From contig NC_068986.1 of the NCBI RefSeq assembly GCF_001194135.2, positions 2,455,017 to 2,519,016 on the forward strand: a stretch of DNA of 64,000 nt. The letters run 5' to 3'. The stretch comes from Octopus bimaculoides. Its lineage: Eukaryota. The position numbers and the translations under genes were made by a program. Position 1 is the stretch's first letter. Each line of letters starts with the position of its first letter. Below are positions 37,101 to 50,862 of the stretch, piece after piece. The notes beneath the pieces were generated by a model. That model saw only the letters and a list, made by a program, of their open reading frames with translations. It was not told where the DNA came from and ran no database searches.

Positions 37101-40100
37101 TCCCAACGCAGCTCTGATCAAGCACGTCCCTGATCAGAGGCACTACAAATGTGACCATCCCATCTTTTTAAGAATATCTGCTTTTCCCTTTTCTCTTTTA
37201 AGACATTAGAATGGGATTTGAAACAATTTGGCTACTATTTTTACTGGATCAAACAACCACATAAGGGCTTCTTCATTAGCTCATTAAACAATTAAATGAA
37301 TTTCTGAGATGTTCTATCAGATTTTCTTTTATACTTATATAAATCTGATCATTCTGACTTCTCCATTGTTTTCTTAAAAAATCATTTTTATGATTTAATC
37401 ATCATCATCATCATCGTTTAATGTCCGCTTTCCATGCTAGCATGGGTTGGACGATTTGACTGAGGACTGGTGAAACCGGATGGCAACACCAGGCTCCAAT
37501 CTGATTTGGCAGAGTTTCTACAGCTGGATGCCCTTCCTAACGCCAACCACTCAGAGAGTGTAGTGGGTGCTTTTACGTGTCACCCGTACGAAGGCCAGTC
37601 AGGCGGTACTGGCAACGGCCACGCTCAAAATGGAGTCTTAATATCTAGTTAATTATGTATTCCATATATAAAATGATATTAATGGCTTGTAGGTACGTGG
37701 TATTTCATTATGCAACCGTAATATACTATAAAGTATATTAAATGTTTTTATGAGGCAACACCATGTCCTACTGCATTAGCAATGCTTATTATATTATTTT
37801 GTTGTGCAAGTGGCACGTAAAAAACACCTTTTGAGCATGGCCGTTGCCAGTACCGCCTGACTGGCCCTTGTGTCGGTGGCATGTAAAAGCACCCACTACA
37901 CTCTCATAGTGGTTGGCGTTAGGAAGGGCATCCAGCTGTAGAAACAACAACACTGGTGCCAAGCTGAATTGGTCTGGCTTTTCCCTTAGATAAATAGTGG
38001 TAGTGTGGAGACGGGAGACTTGCATGCATGGAGAATTGCTGGTCTTCTTCCAAAAGATCTAGCTCAGACTGGGGCATAATGTATAATTGCATGGTAAATA
38101 CTGACTGATAGAAGCCTAAAACATTTAATAAAAAAATTTTCTTTACAGCAACCTTATTAGATTGCATTTACTTCAATGTGACTTTAAAATGTAAAAAAAG
38201 ATTCCTTTATTGCTAATCTATACATTTTATTTATCTCTACCAACAGCTGTTGATGATGTTGCTAAGAAGCAACAATGTCCGTTGGCCATTTTCCAGCTTC
38301 TGGACAGCTTACTGTTAATTCCTGCTCGGGATTTACTTGTGTATGCTGACTGTGTGGTGGCTGCTTTACCTTCCATTCTGAATGCTTCAGTTCCACGTCG
38401 AGTCCAAGATCTAATCAAGAAAATTTGGTTCCGGTTACATGGTCTTATGCCTCGAAGGTAATTGTTTCACTTATTTCTTCAACCCTTTAGCATTCAGATT
38501 ACTCTCTCAAATACAATGCTTATTTATTCACATTGTTTTTATTTATCATGCATTATCTCATAACCTCTTAATGATGTGATTGCTTATTTTTAGAATGACA
38601 TTGTAGGGCAGGTGTGAGAGGCCAAATCTAACTTGTTTCAACATAAAACATGTAGAATATTTGGATCAGATACGGATGGTTTAAATGCGAAAGTGTCAAA
38701 TGAATTTCATACTGTGTGAATTAGTATCGTGGAGGCACAATGGCCCAGTGTTTAAGGCAGCGGACTCGCGGTCATAGGGTCGCGGTTTCGATTCCCAGAC
38801 CGGGCGTTGTGAGTGTTTATTGAGCGAAAACACCTAAAAGCTCCACAAGGCTCTGGCAAGGGATGGTGGCGAACCCTGCTGTACTCTTTCACCACAACTT
38901 TCTCTCACTCTTTCTTCTTGTTTCTGTTGTGCCTGTAATTCAAAGGGTCAGCCTTGTCACAATCTGTGTCACTCTGAATATCCCCAAGAACTACGTTAAG
39001 GGTACACGTGTCTGTGGAGTGCTCATCCACTTGCACGTTAATTTCACGAGCAGGCTGTTCCGTTGATCGGATCAACTGGAACCCTCAACGTTGTAAGCGA
39101 CAGAGTGCCAACAACAACGAATTTGTATCTTTCATTAAACTATGAACACAAACCTGGCCGTGGAGTAAAATGTTTTCTTCTCAGTCGTATTGTTTTGGGG
39201 TTTGATTCCACTGTGAAGCATCTGAAGCAAGTATTTTTGTACCATAGCCTTAGGTTAACTCAAGCCTTGTGAGTTAAACTGTGTTGACAGAAACTGTACT
39301 GAAGTCCATTGGATAGACTGTACAAATATGAAACAAATACAGTCTATTTGTTTTAAGTGGTAAGCTTAATCCATCTTTTGTTTTCAATACCACCATCTGG
39401 TAACCTGCATGCATTCAGATCAGATCTCCATTCTGAGGATAACTCACAGATTATGGAATGCTAAAAGAGCCAGAACAGATGCTGCAGGGCATCTTTCGCA
39501 ACTAATCCACTGCCTTGAATTGAGACTCTTTTATTGACCTTGAAAGGATGAAAGGTAAATTTGAACTTGGTGGGATTTGAACTTCATGTGCTGGATTACT
39601 ATGTAGACATGAGTTCAAATCTTACTACAGCAATTGCAGTTTGTTCCTGAATAAAGCACATAATTTAACATCATCATCTCTGACCTTATCCATATCAGGA
39701 CAATTACCCCTGATGACAACTACCCTCTTGGTTAATTACCCCCTCTCCAATATATTAAGAATTTTTAAATCATTGTCTGTTGTCCTTGGTGGGTTATTGT
39801 GCATGAAGGTGTAAATGTCCTAGACTCGACCTCATCACCGCTGCTGCCATCATCTCTGACCTCATCACCTCTGACATCAACTTTGACCTTATTACCTCTG
39901 ACATGGTCACTTCTTTAACTTATCTTTTGTTACTTCTGGTTATTTCATTTTTTTCTTCTTCTTTTTGTCATTTTACCTTTTGCTTTGTTTTCTTTCAGGT
40001 TACGTCTCATGACAGTCAACGCTCTCAGAATCAATCATAACGGTGTCAAATCTGCTGTCCCTGTATCAGAGAACGACATCACTGTCGATCCCCTAGTTGT

Positions 40101-43100
40101 TCTTCAGTGTGATAACCGAGTATTTAGGTAAGTTAGCTCTTTGTTATGCGGAATATCATCATCATCATCATCATTTTAACATTACACCTTTCTATGCTTG
40201 TATGGATCTCATGTTTATGGTATCACTGAGAATAGGGGTGTGAAGAATGTGATGTGGAGACTTGGCTTTTAATTTACATCTGCAGACTTATATATACTAA
40301 TTATACATACTAACATAAGAAGTTGATATTTACTAGTGTATGCGTGTGTGTGTGCATGTGTGTGTGAAAAGTTCCTGGCTTTAAAGGTTTTGTGAAAGGA
40401 CTGGTTGGATCCCCCAACTTTCCAAGTTCATTTTACAGGGCTTAGAGAAACTGAAGGACCACTGCAATAAGTGTATGAATCTGAAAGGGAACATGTTGAA
40501 TAAAATAATTAACTGATCCTCCCCTATTTTCTTTTACTGAAAGCTAGGAACTTTTCAACACCCCCTCATATAATCAAATACAGTTCCAACAGTGGTGTAA
40601 TTGATGTCATAGGATAGGCATGAACTTCACAACTCTGATTTTTCTTCTTCTCCTCTACAAAAATCTTAGTCTTTACACCTACAGTACAGCGTGCCCCTAC
40701 CAAGACACCATGAGAGTGAGACATAGCAAGCTATGTCTAGAAACAAGATATGAACTGAACAAGATAAGCAAAGCGATATGATAAACAGCCTAGACCAGTT
40801 CAATAGCCTGACTGTTTTGTAAATCTCTGACAGAATTACAAGAGCTAACGTAAACAGCAATGGATACTTTTAATCTTAAATGTAAAATTGTACTTTCTAT
40901 CTGAGCCAGATGACGTTTTAACTGTCCTTCTGAATGAATTACACACATTCATGTCACAAGAGGTCAATACATTTAATGATTATGTAACAACAGGTGTGGG
41001 TTGGGTTTTTTATAAGCACGAAATGTCTGAGTTATAAGATAAAAAGATGGGAAGTTGTGATGTACATGCCTGTACATAGTAAAGTAATATGTGTGAAGCT
41101 TTGTTCAGATACTCCGATAAGGAATCAGAAATCAGTCAGGTTGCATACATCTTCCACTGATTATATAATAATGATATATTATAAACCTATAAAGGTAGGC
41201 GGAGGTATTGCTGCATGGTTAAGAAGCTTGCTTCCCAACCATCTCAGGTTCAGTCCCACGGTGTGGCACCTTAGGCAAGTATTTTCTGCTTAGAGCCCCA
41301 GGCCAGATAAAACCTTGTGAGTGGGACAGAAATAGGTGTCTTGCAGTAGGGGAGGTACATGGTGGCCTCATTTGGGAAAGGAGAGGTTGAGAGTAGAGCG
41401 AGAGAAGAGGGTGAAGATGTGTTGGGGTGCATACTCAAGTTACAGGGAAAGGTATATAAAGTGAAGTGAAGTGATACTGACTGAGGATTGGGTTAGGGTG
41501 AGTGGGCAAGTAAGTTTGCAAGAGTGCAAAAGGAGAAGGGGGGATGGTGGAGAAGAGAATGCAGTGAGTGAACATGGGTGGAGGGAAAGGGGGGGGTAGG
41601 GAGATGAGCTGCAGGGAAGAGAGAGACTTGTCAGGGACGGACTCGTGTGTGGGTAAGTTTGCAAGGTTGCAAATCAGACAAATCAGTAGATTTGTTAGGA
41701 CATTGGAAAGAATACTTTGCAGTGTTTGTTCCAACTTTCTGCACTCTTGAGTTAAAGTCTTGCCAAGGTCAACTTTGCCCAATATCTTATGATTATGTAA
41801 AACTTTGATATCTCTTAATCTTATGAAGCCTTGACATCATTCTGAAAGAACATCTCTGTTTTCATTGTAATTATGTTGGAGGTTTTATTTTGTTTTTTTT
41901 CAAATGTTTTGGCTGTGTCACAAAGCTCTTCTAATGAGGCATAATTATCCAGTATCTGAGTCGAAACATCATGTAGTTGGTGATTATAAATGTTATCTAG
42001 AATATAGAATATTTAAATCATAAGTGATTAACATTTTTGTCAATATTTTTACAGATAACTTACATTCTTAGTTTACATCCAGCTGTAGTTGAGTTTATCT
42101 TTCATTCTTCCAGGATTGATAAAATTAAGTACTAGTCAGGAATTTGGGTTGGAAAATAATTGGCTATAACCCTGTCCAAACTTGAGGCATTATTTCTGTA
42201 TTAGAGATCAATATTTTCATTCTATTTAGAACTGTTTGAGATTTCTTAAGTTGTGAAAAGTGACTCCTCTGTTAAAAAGTTCCATTCTAAGGTATTTATT
42301 TTCATTAAGGTTGTTTTTCTAATTGTAAACATGTATAAAAGTAAATTAATGAAATTTTCATTAATAAAGCATAAGGCAGTGAACTAGCTGAATTGTTAGT
42401 GCATCAGATAATATGCTCAGTCCAGCTCTTTTCATTGTGAGTTCAAATTCCAGCAAGGTCAATTTTGCCTTTCATCCTTCCAGGATTGATAAAATAAAGT
42501 GCCAGTCAAGTACTAGGGTAGATATAATGACATATCCTTTCCCCTGAAAGTATTGATCTTGTGCCAAAATTAGAAAGAATTAATTAAATGTATATACTTC
42601 TTAACCATACAGCCATGTGCTGGTATGGCTTTGTGGTTAAGTACTTCACTACACAGCCATGTTTCAAGTTCAGTCCCACTGAACAGTACCTTGGGCAAGT
42701 ATCTTATAGCTCTGGAGTGCCCAATGCCTTGTAGGTGAATTTAGTAGACAAAATTTGGGAAACTGTACAAAGCCTGTGTACATATGAGTGCCTTTGCAAA
42801 TGTTTACATTCTGTACTTCTTCAAAAAATTGTTGAACTGCAGATGGTGACATTGTTGACAAATCATTCAGAAACTGGCACTAGGGAGGTCACCATTTAGC
42901 TCAAAATAGCTGCTAAAATAACTTTGTTATTAGTAAGTTCTGCAGATCCTAAATTATTAAAAGAAAGGGACAAAAAGAGAACATTACATAAACCAAAAGG
43001 AGTTTCCAAATTCCTTAAAGTATTTCTTAAAAACAAGATAGATATCTAATATTTGTTTTTTGTTTTTTTTTTTGTTTTTTTTTTCTTTTCAGATGTCCCC

Positions 43101-46100
43101 CTGTATTGGAGATTGTGTTACGGGTTCTTGAAGCTTACATACAGGCATGCCGGGTGTTTCTATCCAGTCATATAGCTTCGCATCCTCTCTTTGAGAACCC
43201 TGGTTTCAACAATGCTCAAGATCAGGACAAAAAAGACAAGGAAAAATTGCAAGATAAAACTTCAGTTTCTTTAGAGCAAGAAAGAAAAGAACTGAAAAAT
43301 GCTTTGACATCTGCACAAGAAAGTGCAGTAGTGCAGATCTTATTGGAATGTTGCCTTAGACAACCAGATGAAATGGTAAGCTCGTGTTGAGGTTGTTTAA
43401 TCCTTTCTCTGATCTGATTGAGCAGAACAATAGTTAAAAGGGTTCCAGTTATGGCTACCCTTGTCTTTTTCCGTAGTCTAAGCCAAGAGTATCAAACATA
43501 GGGCCTGCAAGCTAGATCCAGCCCCTAGCTCAATTTTATATTAAAAAAGGAATGTTTTTATTTTTTAGTTTAAAATATTCTGTATAATATATGTATTACT
43601 AGTCTGTGTTCAGAGTCGGAGCCCAACTAGAGCTATCATTAACTAAGGTTAATGCACCTCAGGGAATCTTTTCATATCTCAACCAATGAAAAAGAAGCTT
43701 ATGAAATGAAATGTACTTGTTTTCAAGTTTACACAAATGCTTATCCAAATGGATTTTAGTGAAATGAGCAATACTAGAAGATTTTTGCAGCTGAAACAGT
43801 GCAAGCTTTTTGTCAAGCATTGGTCTTAAGAACTGTATGCATTTATTTGGACAATTTCTATCTCAGTCATACAACTCTAACAGTGTATATATATATGTGT
43901 GTGTGTCTGTGTGTATACGCACACACCATATGGATAAGTTTTTTCCCACACACCTCTGCATACAAACTTCGCTAATACCTTGTATTCATTCCTTTCTTCA
44001 TGGCAAATCGTTAATGAAATAAAGTAGCTTGCTTACCAACCACATGGTTCCGGGCTCAGTCCCACTGCGTGGCACCTTGGGCAAGTGTCTTCTACTATAG
44101 CCTCGGGCCAACCAAAGCCTTGTGAGTGGATTTGGTAGACAGAAACTGAAAGAAGCCCATCATATATATATATATATATATATGTGTGTGTTTGTGTTTG
44201 TCCTCCCGACATCGCTTGACAACCAATGCTGGTGTGTTTACGTCCCCATAACTTAGCGGTTCAGCAAAAGAGACCGATAGAATAAGTACTAGGCTTACAA
44301 AGANNNNNNNNNNGCAAGTGTCTTCTACTATAGCCTCGGGCCAACCAAAGCCTTGTGAGTGGATTTGGTAGACAGAAACTGAAAGAAGCCCATCATATAT
44401 ATATATATATATATATGTGTGTGTTTGTGTTTGTCCTCCCGACATCGCTTGACAACCAATGCTGGTGTGTTTACGTCCCCATAACTTAGCGGTTCAGCAA
44501 AAGAGACCGATAGAATAAGTACTAGGCTTACAAAGAATAAGTCCTGGGGTCGATTTGCTCGACTAAAGGCGGTGCTCCAGCATGGCTGCAGTCAAATGAC
44601 TGAAACAAGTAAAAGAGTAAGATTATATTAGGTTTAAATGAAACATACTGTGAATAAATAGAAAATTACTTTTAGTTTTGTTTGATTATATAATCTACAC
44701 AAATTTAGCCTCGACACAACACCTTACAACTAATTATATATTGAAATCTCATAATTTATCACCAATTATCCAAATTTGGTTAATTGCATAAGAATGTCAA
44801 TCACCGAGGGAAGCTCTGCATTTAAGAAGAATTAACTTTATTATTTTACAATTTAAAAAAAAAAAAGTAGTGAATTGCTATGTAAGTGTTAAGTTCAGTC
44901 TTCTACTTACCTGAAATGTCATGCCTCATTTAGAAATCACATGTTATCTAAATATTTCTTGTTCTACAGTCAAATGATCTAATTATCTTGTGATTAGTTC
45001 ATATAACACCATCATCATCGTCATTTAATGTACACTTTTCCATGCTTGCTTGGGTTGGACAGAATTTGTTTAGGCAGATCTTTCTATGGCTGGATGCTCT
45101 TCCTGTCACCAATCCTGATTTGTTTCCAAGCAAGGTAATATTTTTCCATCATGGCCTCACCTGTTTTCGCAGAAGATTGGAAACAAGGGACACTGTTTGC
45201 ATGACTGTGACATTCATTCACAACCATCACATGAAGTCAAGGCAAAGTGACACCAAGACACACGCTCACACAAACACATACATACTTACACACACATACA
45301 CGTGCATGTGCAAGGGACGGCTAACAAGTCCACAGGCCGACCAAGATATTCTCATGGATTGTGACCAAATGAGATTTATTTTTCAACATATTCCCCCTAA
45401 AGTAGTTGTATGCTGTCAACTTAATGTGACAGTCCCCTGAAGGGAATAATACTACTGTTGTTTAGACCTAGAAAGCTGCACCACTTCCTGTCGGCCTTGA
45501 CACATTTCCTGTGTCCTTATGTTTACAAGAGGGAGACAAGCACCTCCCCCAGCTAAGCCTGCATCCAGTGACATGTTTCTGAGTCTTTGCTCGTCATCAG
45601 TCTCCAGACTGCTCTGTAGTATTATTACAGTAGTATTATTCCCTTCAGGGGACTGTCACATTAAGCTGACAGCATACAACTACTTCATCGTATCACTACT
45701 GCATAAATCTCTCTGAGAGATTTAGAAATGTATTATTTCTATATTTCCCCTAGTAGTCCATACACTTCTTTCATCGGTGTTGCAGTGCTTGGATCCCATG
45801 TGAAGACACTTTCTTTCTGTTAGTCAAGAAAAAGTCATCAACAGCAGGTATGATGTCGTCATCTCTGTGATACTGGTTCCCAGCCAAGTGTTTTTTATTA
45901 TGTTGGGGTACAGATGATAGTCAGGCGGGGGCCAAATCAGGTGAATAGGGTGGGTGATCACCCAGTTCAAAACCATAGTTATGCACAGTAGCCATTGAAA
46001 CCAAGGACTTGTATGCTGGAGAATTGTCCTGATGAAACAAGACCCCTTTCCACTGACCTTGTGTGTGTGTGTGTGTCTCTATCTACCTGTCTGGCTGTCT

Positions 46101-48157
46101 ATCAATTAATCAATCATTCCTTCATTCATTCATTTAATATTTTCAGAAAGAAACCAGTTTGCTATCAAATCTACGAGAAGTGCAGTGTTTGATTTGCAGT
46201 TTTCTTCACCAGATGTACATTGCAGATCCTAATCTAGCCAAACTTGTACATTTTCAGGTAAACACATCTGTTTCTCTGTTTGTTCTCAAAACTCTGCATC
46301 CAAAAAGCATTTCTCAACTACATCGTATTAAATCTTTGAAATGATAGATACAAATATTTCACTTTCCAATCAATGCTACTCTTTACTGATTTGGACCCAT
46401 TTAACAAACGTATTTTTTTAACCCTTTAGCATTTAAACTGGTCAGATCCAACACAAATATACTGCCTGTTTAATGTTTAAAGCAGCCAGACCTGGCCTCT
46501 CACACCTTTCATGTCATTTTAAAATAAACAAAGGAAGATGCAAGGCCCCCAAGGTTGAAAAAACAGAGTCCAACTGGAGAGAAGCAGAAAAGACAGCCCA
46601 GAGTTGAGAACAGCAGAGAAAAGCCATCGATAGCCTATGCTTGACCAATGGCCTCTGCTCCATCGATGGCCTCAGCTCTATCAATGGCCTCTGCTCCATT
46701 GATGGCCTGTGCTTCATTGACAATCTCTGCTCCATCGGTAGCCTATGCTCCTTCCATGGCCTATAATCCATCAGTAGCTTACACTCCATAAAGAGCAAAG
46801 GTTCTTAAGGAAGTAGTGCTCTGTTGTAAGCATTCAAGCTAGATCTCTAATTTGTGGATACCTTTCTTCTACCAGTCTTAGAAGCTCTGTAGAGGATTGT
46901 GTGAGTACTGCTTTCTTTCTTCACTAAAAGATAAAAAAAATAATATACAAATTTCTTTTGCAGGGTTACCCAAGTGAACTGTTACCCATTACAGTGGCAG
47001 GTATACCATCAATGCACATATGCTTTGATTTCATTCCAGAACTTCTCAGCCAACCTCAGATGGAAAAACAAGTAAGTTGACTTGCAATCTGCCTGTTGCT
47101 ATTATAATTTTCTTCAACAATATATGGTGAATATAAGGCCCTGCACTGGCAGAATCGTTAGAGAACCAGAGTAAATGCTTTGCGATATTTCTTCTGATAC
47201 TTTATGTTCCGAGTTGGGTTCAAGTCCCACTCTGGCCAACTTTACCTTTTATCCTTTCAGGGTCAATAAAGTAAGGTACCAGTTAAATTCTGTGGTTGAT
47301 GGTATCAACTATTCCTTTCACCTCAAAATTGCTGGCCTTGTAACTAAATTAGAAACCATTTTTTACAATTTTCTTTTCGTATGTTTTATTGTAATTGTTG
47401 TTTAACCCCAGGTCAATTCCAGTCATGATCCTCTCATCTTGTTTATGTTTTTTGACGCAGTGTATCTAGTAAGACATTATCCATGTGTCCTTTTTTAGGG
47501 GGTGGTTGGCTTGATAGGGTGTGATTTCAAAAAAGCATGCTGCTGTTTCTAGCAAGTCAAGCAACAACACAAAGGTTTCCTCATTGGCTTACGTTTTCTC
47601 ATACGATTAAATTCTATTCATAATTCATTATTTATATTCGTTGAGAAATTTCACCTTTACTATTTACTTTTACTGATAGCTTATGTAACTCATCTTGAAG
47701 AGTTCTGCTATAATAGCTACCAATTTTGAGTCAAGAGATTTCATGAATGGAAGCAATGATTATACTGGCATAGAGTGGTTCTGTCCTTGGATGCTTATCT
47801 TATCTCTCTAGCATTGATTTTAATTCTAATCCTATCCCAAGTTTTGAGTATGAGAGGTCAGCCGTATTCTTTGAATGGAATCCATTTCGTTTAAGTTCCT
47901 TCCACGCATGTGAAAGGAAGGGTGTACTGCATCTGAAATACGCAGAAGCAGAAGTAACAACAAACACATTAATTATATTACAATAATAGATAACATTGGC
48001 ATGTGCATATATATGTGTATGTATGTATATAGATATATATGCATATTTATATATATGTATTTATGTATATGTATGTATGTATGCATATAGATATAGATGC
48101 ATATTTATATATGTATTTATATGCATATATATATATATATACATATATGTATTCATT

Positions 48158-48199
<42 letters not shown>

Positions 48200-50822
48200 G
48201 CAAATAAATACACACACACACATTCATATACACATATATATATGTATTTATTTCCATATATATATATTTGCATATAAATATATATGTATTCATCTGCATA
48301 TATATGTATATATGTATATATACATACATATACGTATTTATTTGCATATATGTGTGTGTGTGTGTGTGTGTCTGTACATGTATCTTTGTGTTTGTCTATG
48401 ATGGTTTGTTTATATTCCTGTAACTTAGCAGTTCAGAAAAAGAAAACAATGAAGCAAGTAATAAACTTAAAAGCAAACACTGGTATAGATTTAGTTGACT
48501 AAATGCTTGAGGGTAGTGCTCCAACATGACAGTGGTCCGATGTCCATTACAAGAATCAATTGTGAAAGTAACATTTAGCTGTTTTTCTTATTCTTCTTGT
48601 TCTTTTTTTACTTACTTTCTCTTTCCTTGTTTTATCTCTTTCTCTCCCTCTCCCCCAACTGAATACACCTGTAACGTCTCCTAGATAGCAGTAAGGTGAA
48701 CAACCTTAAATTGGAATGATTGATATCGGCAAAGCTGTGTTTAACAAGTCCACTTCACAACCACATGAGCCTAGGTATGATTCCTTATACAGGGTGTCCA
48801 CAAAGACTGGGTACATGGAGTAAATAAAATCATAACATAAACAATAAAATATAAGAAGAAATAATTTCTTAAAGTATGCGTTAATCCTCATGTACCCAGA
48901 CTTTGTGGACACCCTGTACAACAACCTAGTCAGAGGATTGTGTTAATTCCAATGTCTATTTTGACATGGCTTCTACAGCTAAATGCCCTTTGTAGCACCA
49001 ATCACTTTGCAGAGTGTGCTGGGTGCTTTTTTTGTGTCACTGGTACTAATGAAGTTGTCAAGTAACTTACAAGACAAGATCCCTTGATTGAAGGGAGGGT
49101 ATAGTATTGAGGGAGGTGGCTTATGCTAGCTCTCAAGCGTCAAAAATATGATAGAAGGATAGGAACAGGTGTTTTGCTGTAGAGGAGTTACATGGCCACC
49201 CTTGTTGGAAAAGGAGAGAAGATGGTTTTGACGTGGTGTCAGGACAGAACTTTAAACTATAAGTTCAGCTGTGCAGAAGCTACCACATTACAGCACATGG
49301 TAGATATTCTTATTTTAGGGAACATGAAAATTATATAATCAATCAACAAAGTAGACAGAAGATGAAGAAGAATGGATTTCATGGTTGATACTCTTTGGAA
49401 TATATTTACTTTAATCTATGTCTTTACTGTTCTCTATTCCTTGTCTTTTATCTGAATCTCCTTTACTTCTCTTTGTTAATAAAAGTGTTTCTTTCTCTTC
49501 AAGATGTTTGCTATTGAGTTGGCCAGTTATTTATGCCTTCAATATGCTTTGCCTAAAGCAATGAACATAGCTCGGGTTATCATCAACATTATGTTTACGG
49601 TGCTGGGAGGTGAGTCTGCAGGATTTTAATCATTGTCTTCCTTCTTTTTAACTTGCACAATATGTATGACATGTTTCTTTTTAAATCAAGCTATTAGTCA
49701 TATAACCTAAAATGTGTCTTGTGACTTCACTGCTGATGGATTGGTTAAATAACGGAGCATTTTTGATTGCCTGCTTTCAATTCTTTTTATTTCACTACGC
49801 ATGTTTCTTATTGATCAGTAAATTTTGTCTTTATTTATTGATCTGTTTACATTTGGTTTTATTATGTTTGCTAAGTAATTTAGAACCCCCTTTCAGATAT
49901 TGAATACTGAAGTTACTGAACACCTGGCACATCTTATCAGGAAAATATGCAGTGTGTGTGTGTGTGCGCGCGCGCGTGCGTTAATTCGTTCATTTATTTG
50001 TTCATTCCCCAACTTTTCATAGCTCATAGAGTGAACAATTTATTTCTTAATATATTGCGTCTTGCTTGCCGACATCTTTAATCTTTGGAATTAAGGTATA
50101 GTTGCCTTTGTGCTCTGTTGCTGTCAGTGGCAAGTTCCACTACAGCAAGCCTTTCTAGATCCTTCCATCTGACATGGAGTGTATGTGGTTCATCCAGTGG
50201 AGACATCATTATTGGAGTTGATCGAAGAGGCTGGGGTCTGAGCACAGTCCAGAACATCTTTGTTGATGACCCAGTCAGTCCATTTGATATCCAGAGTGCA
50301 AAGATGGAAGGTGTTCAGATGCTTCTCAGATGAATCTCTATTCCAGACAAAAGTCACTCCCCAACACCTTCAGATCTCTTTGCCGAGGATACAGGCTCTG
50401 TGGGCCACAACCTTAATATACATCCTTAGCTTATTATTCTCTGGGTTCAACTGAGTAGCCTTTGTTTGATTCGTTATGAAGGTAGACACTGTCGTTTGAT
50501 ATCCCAAAAGCATGTTTTAACAGAACTATTTCATCTGATAGAAGGGGCAAAGGTTAGTGATAGCACCATAAAAACAGGAGTTCAGGTGGCTGGAACTCAT
50601 CATCCTAGGAAAGCAGTTTGTCCAAGAGAGGGTAAACTAACACTACTTTGTGACTATTTGCATTCATAGGATGCTCATTGCCTAATATATATATCATCAT
50701 CATCATCATTTAACATTTGCCTTCCATGCTGACATGGGCTGGACAGTTTGATAGGAGATTTCTGTCTGTTTTGGCACAGTTTTTATGGCCAGATGCCCTT
50801 CCTAACACCCTGCAGAGTGGAC

Positions 50823-50862
<40 letters not shown>

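Noticed and set aside
41330-41785. 115-aa minus ORF in a purine-rich patch of INTS2 intron 17
   Set aside because: Low-complexity P/L/S composition from a GA-rich tract; no recognisable domain; likely an old repeat fragment.
44081-44535. Near-exact 220-bp tandem duplication of a SINE segment
   Set aside because: The two copies abut a 10-N gap, the typical unmerged contig-overlap artefact.
45560-45610. Hammerhead-like core on minus (CUGAUGA...GAAACAUGUC)
   Set aside because: The core and palindromic stem III match, but stem I cannot form adjacent to the core and the 10.1-11.1 pair is a mismatch.
47996-48502. Several YI/CV-rich ORFs
   Set aside because: Translation of microsatellites.
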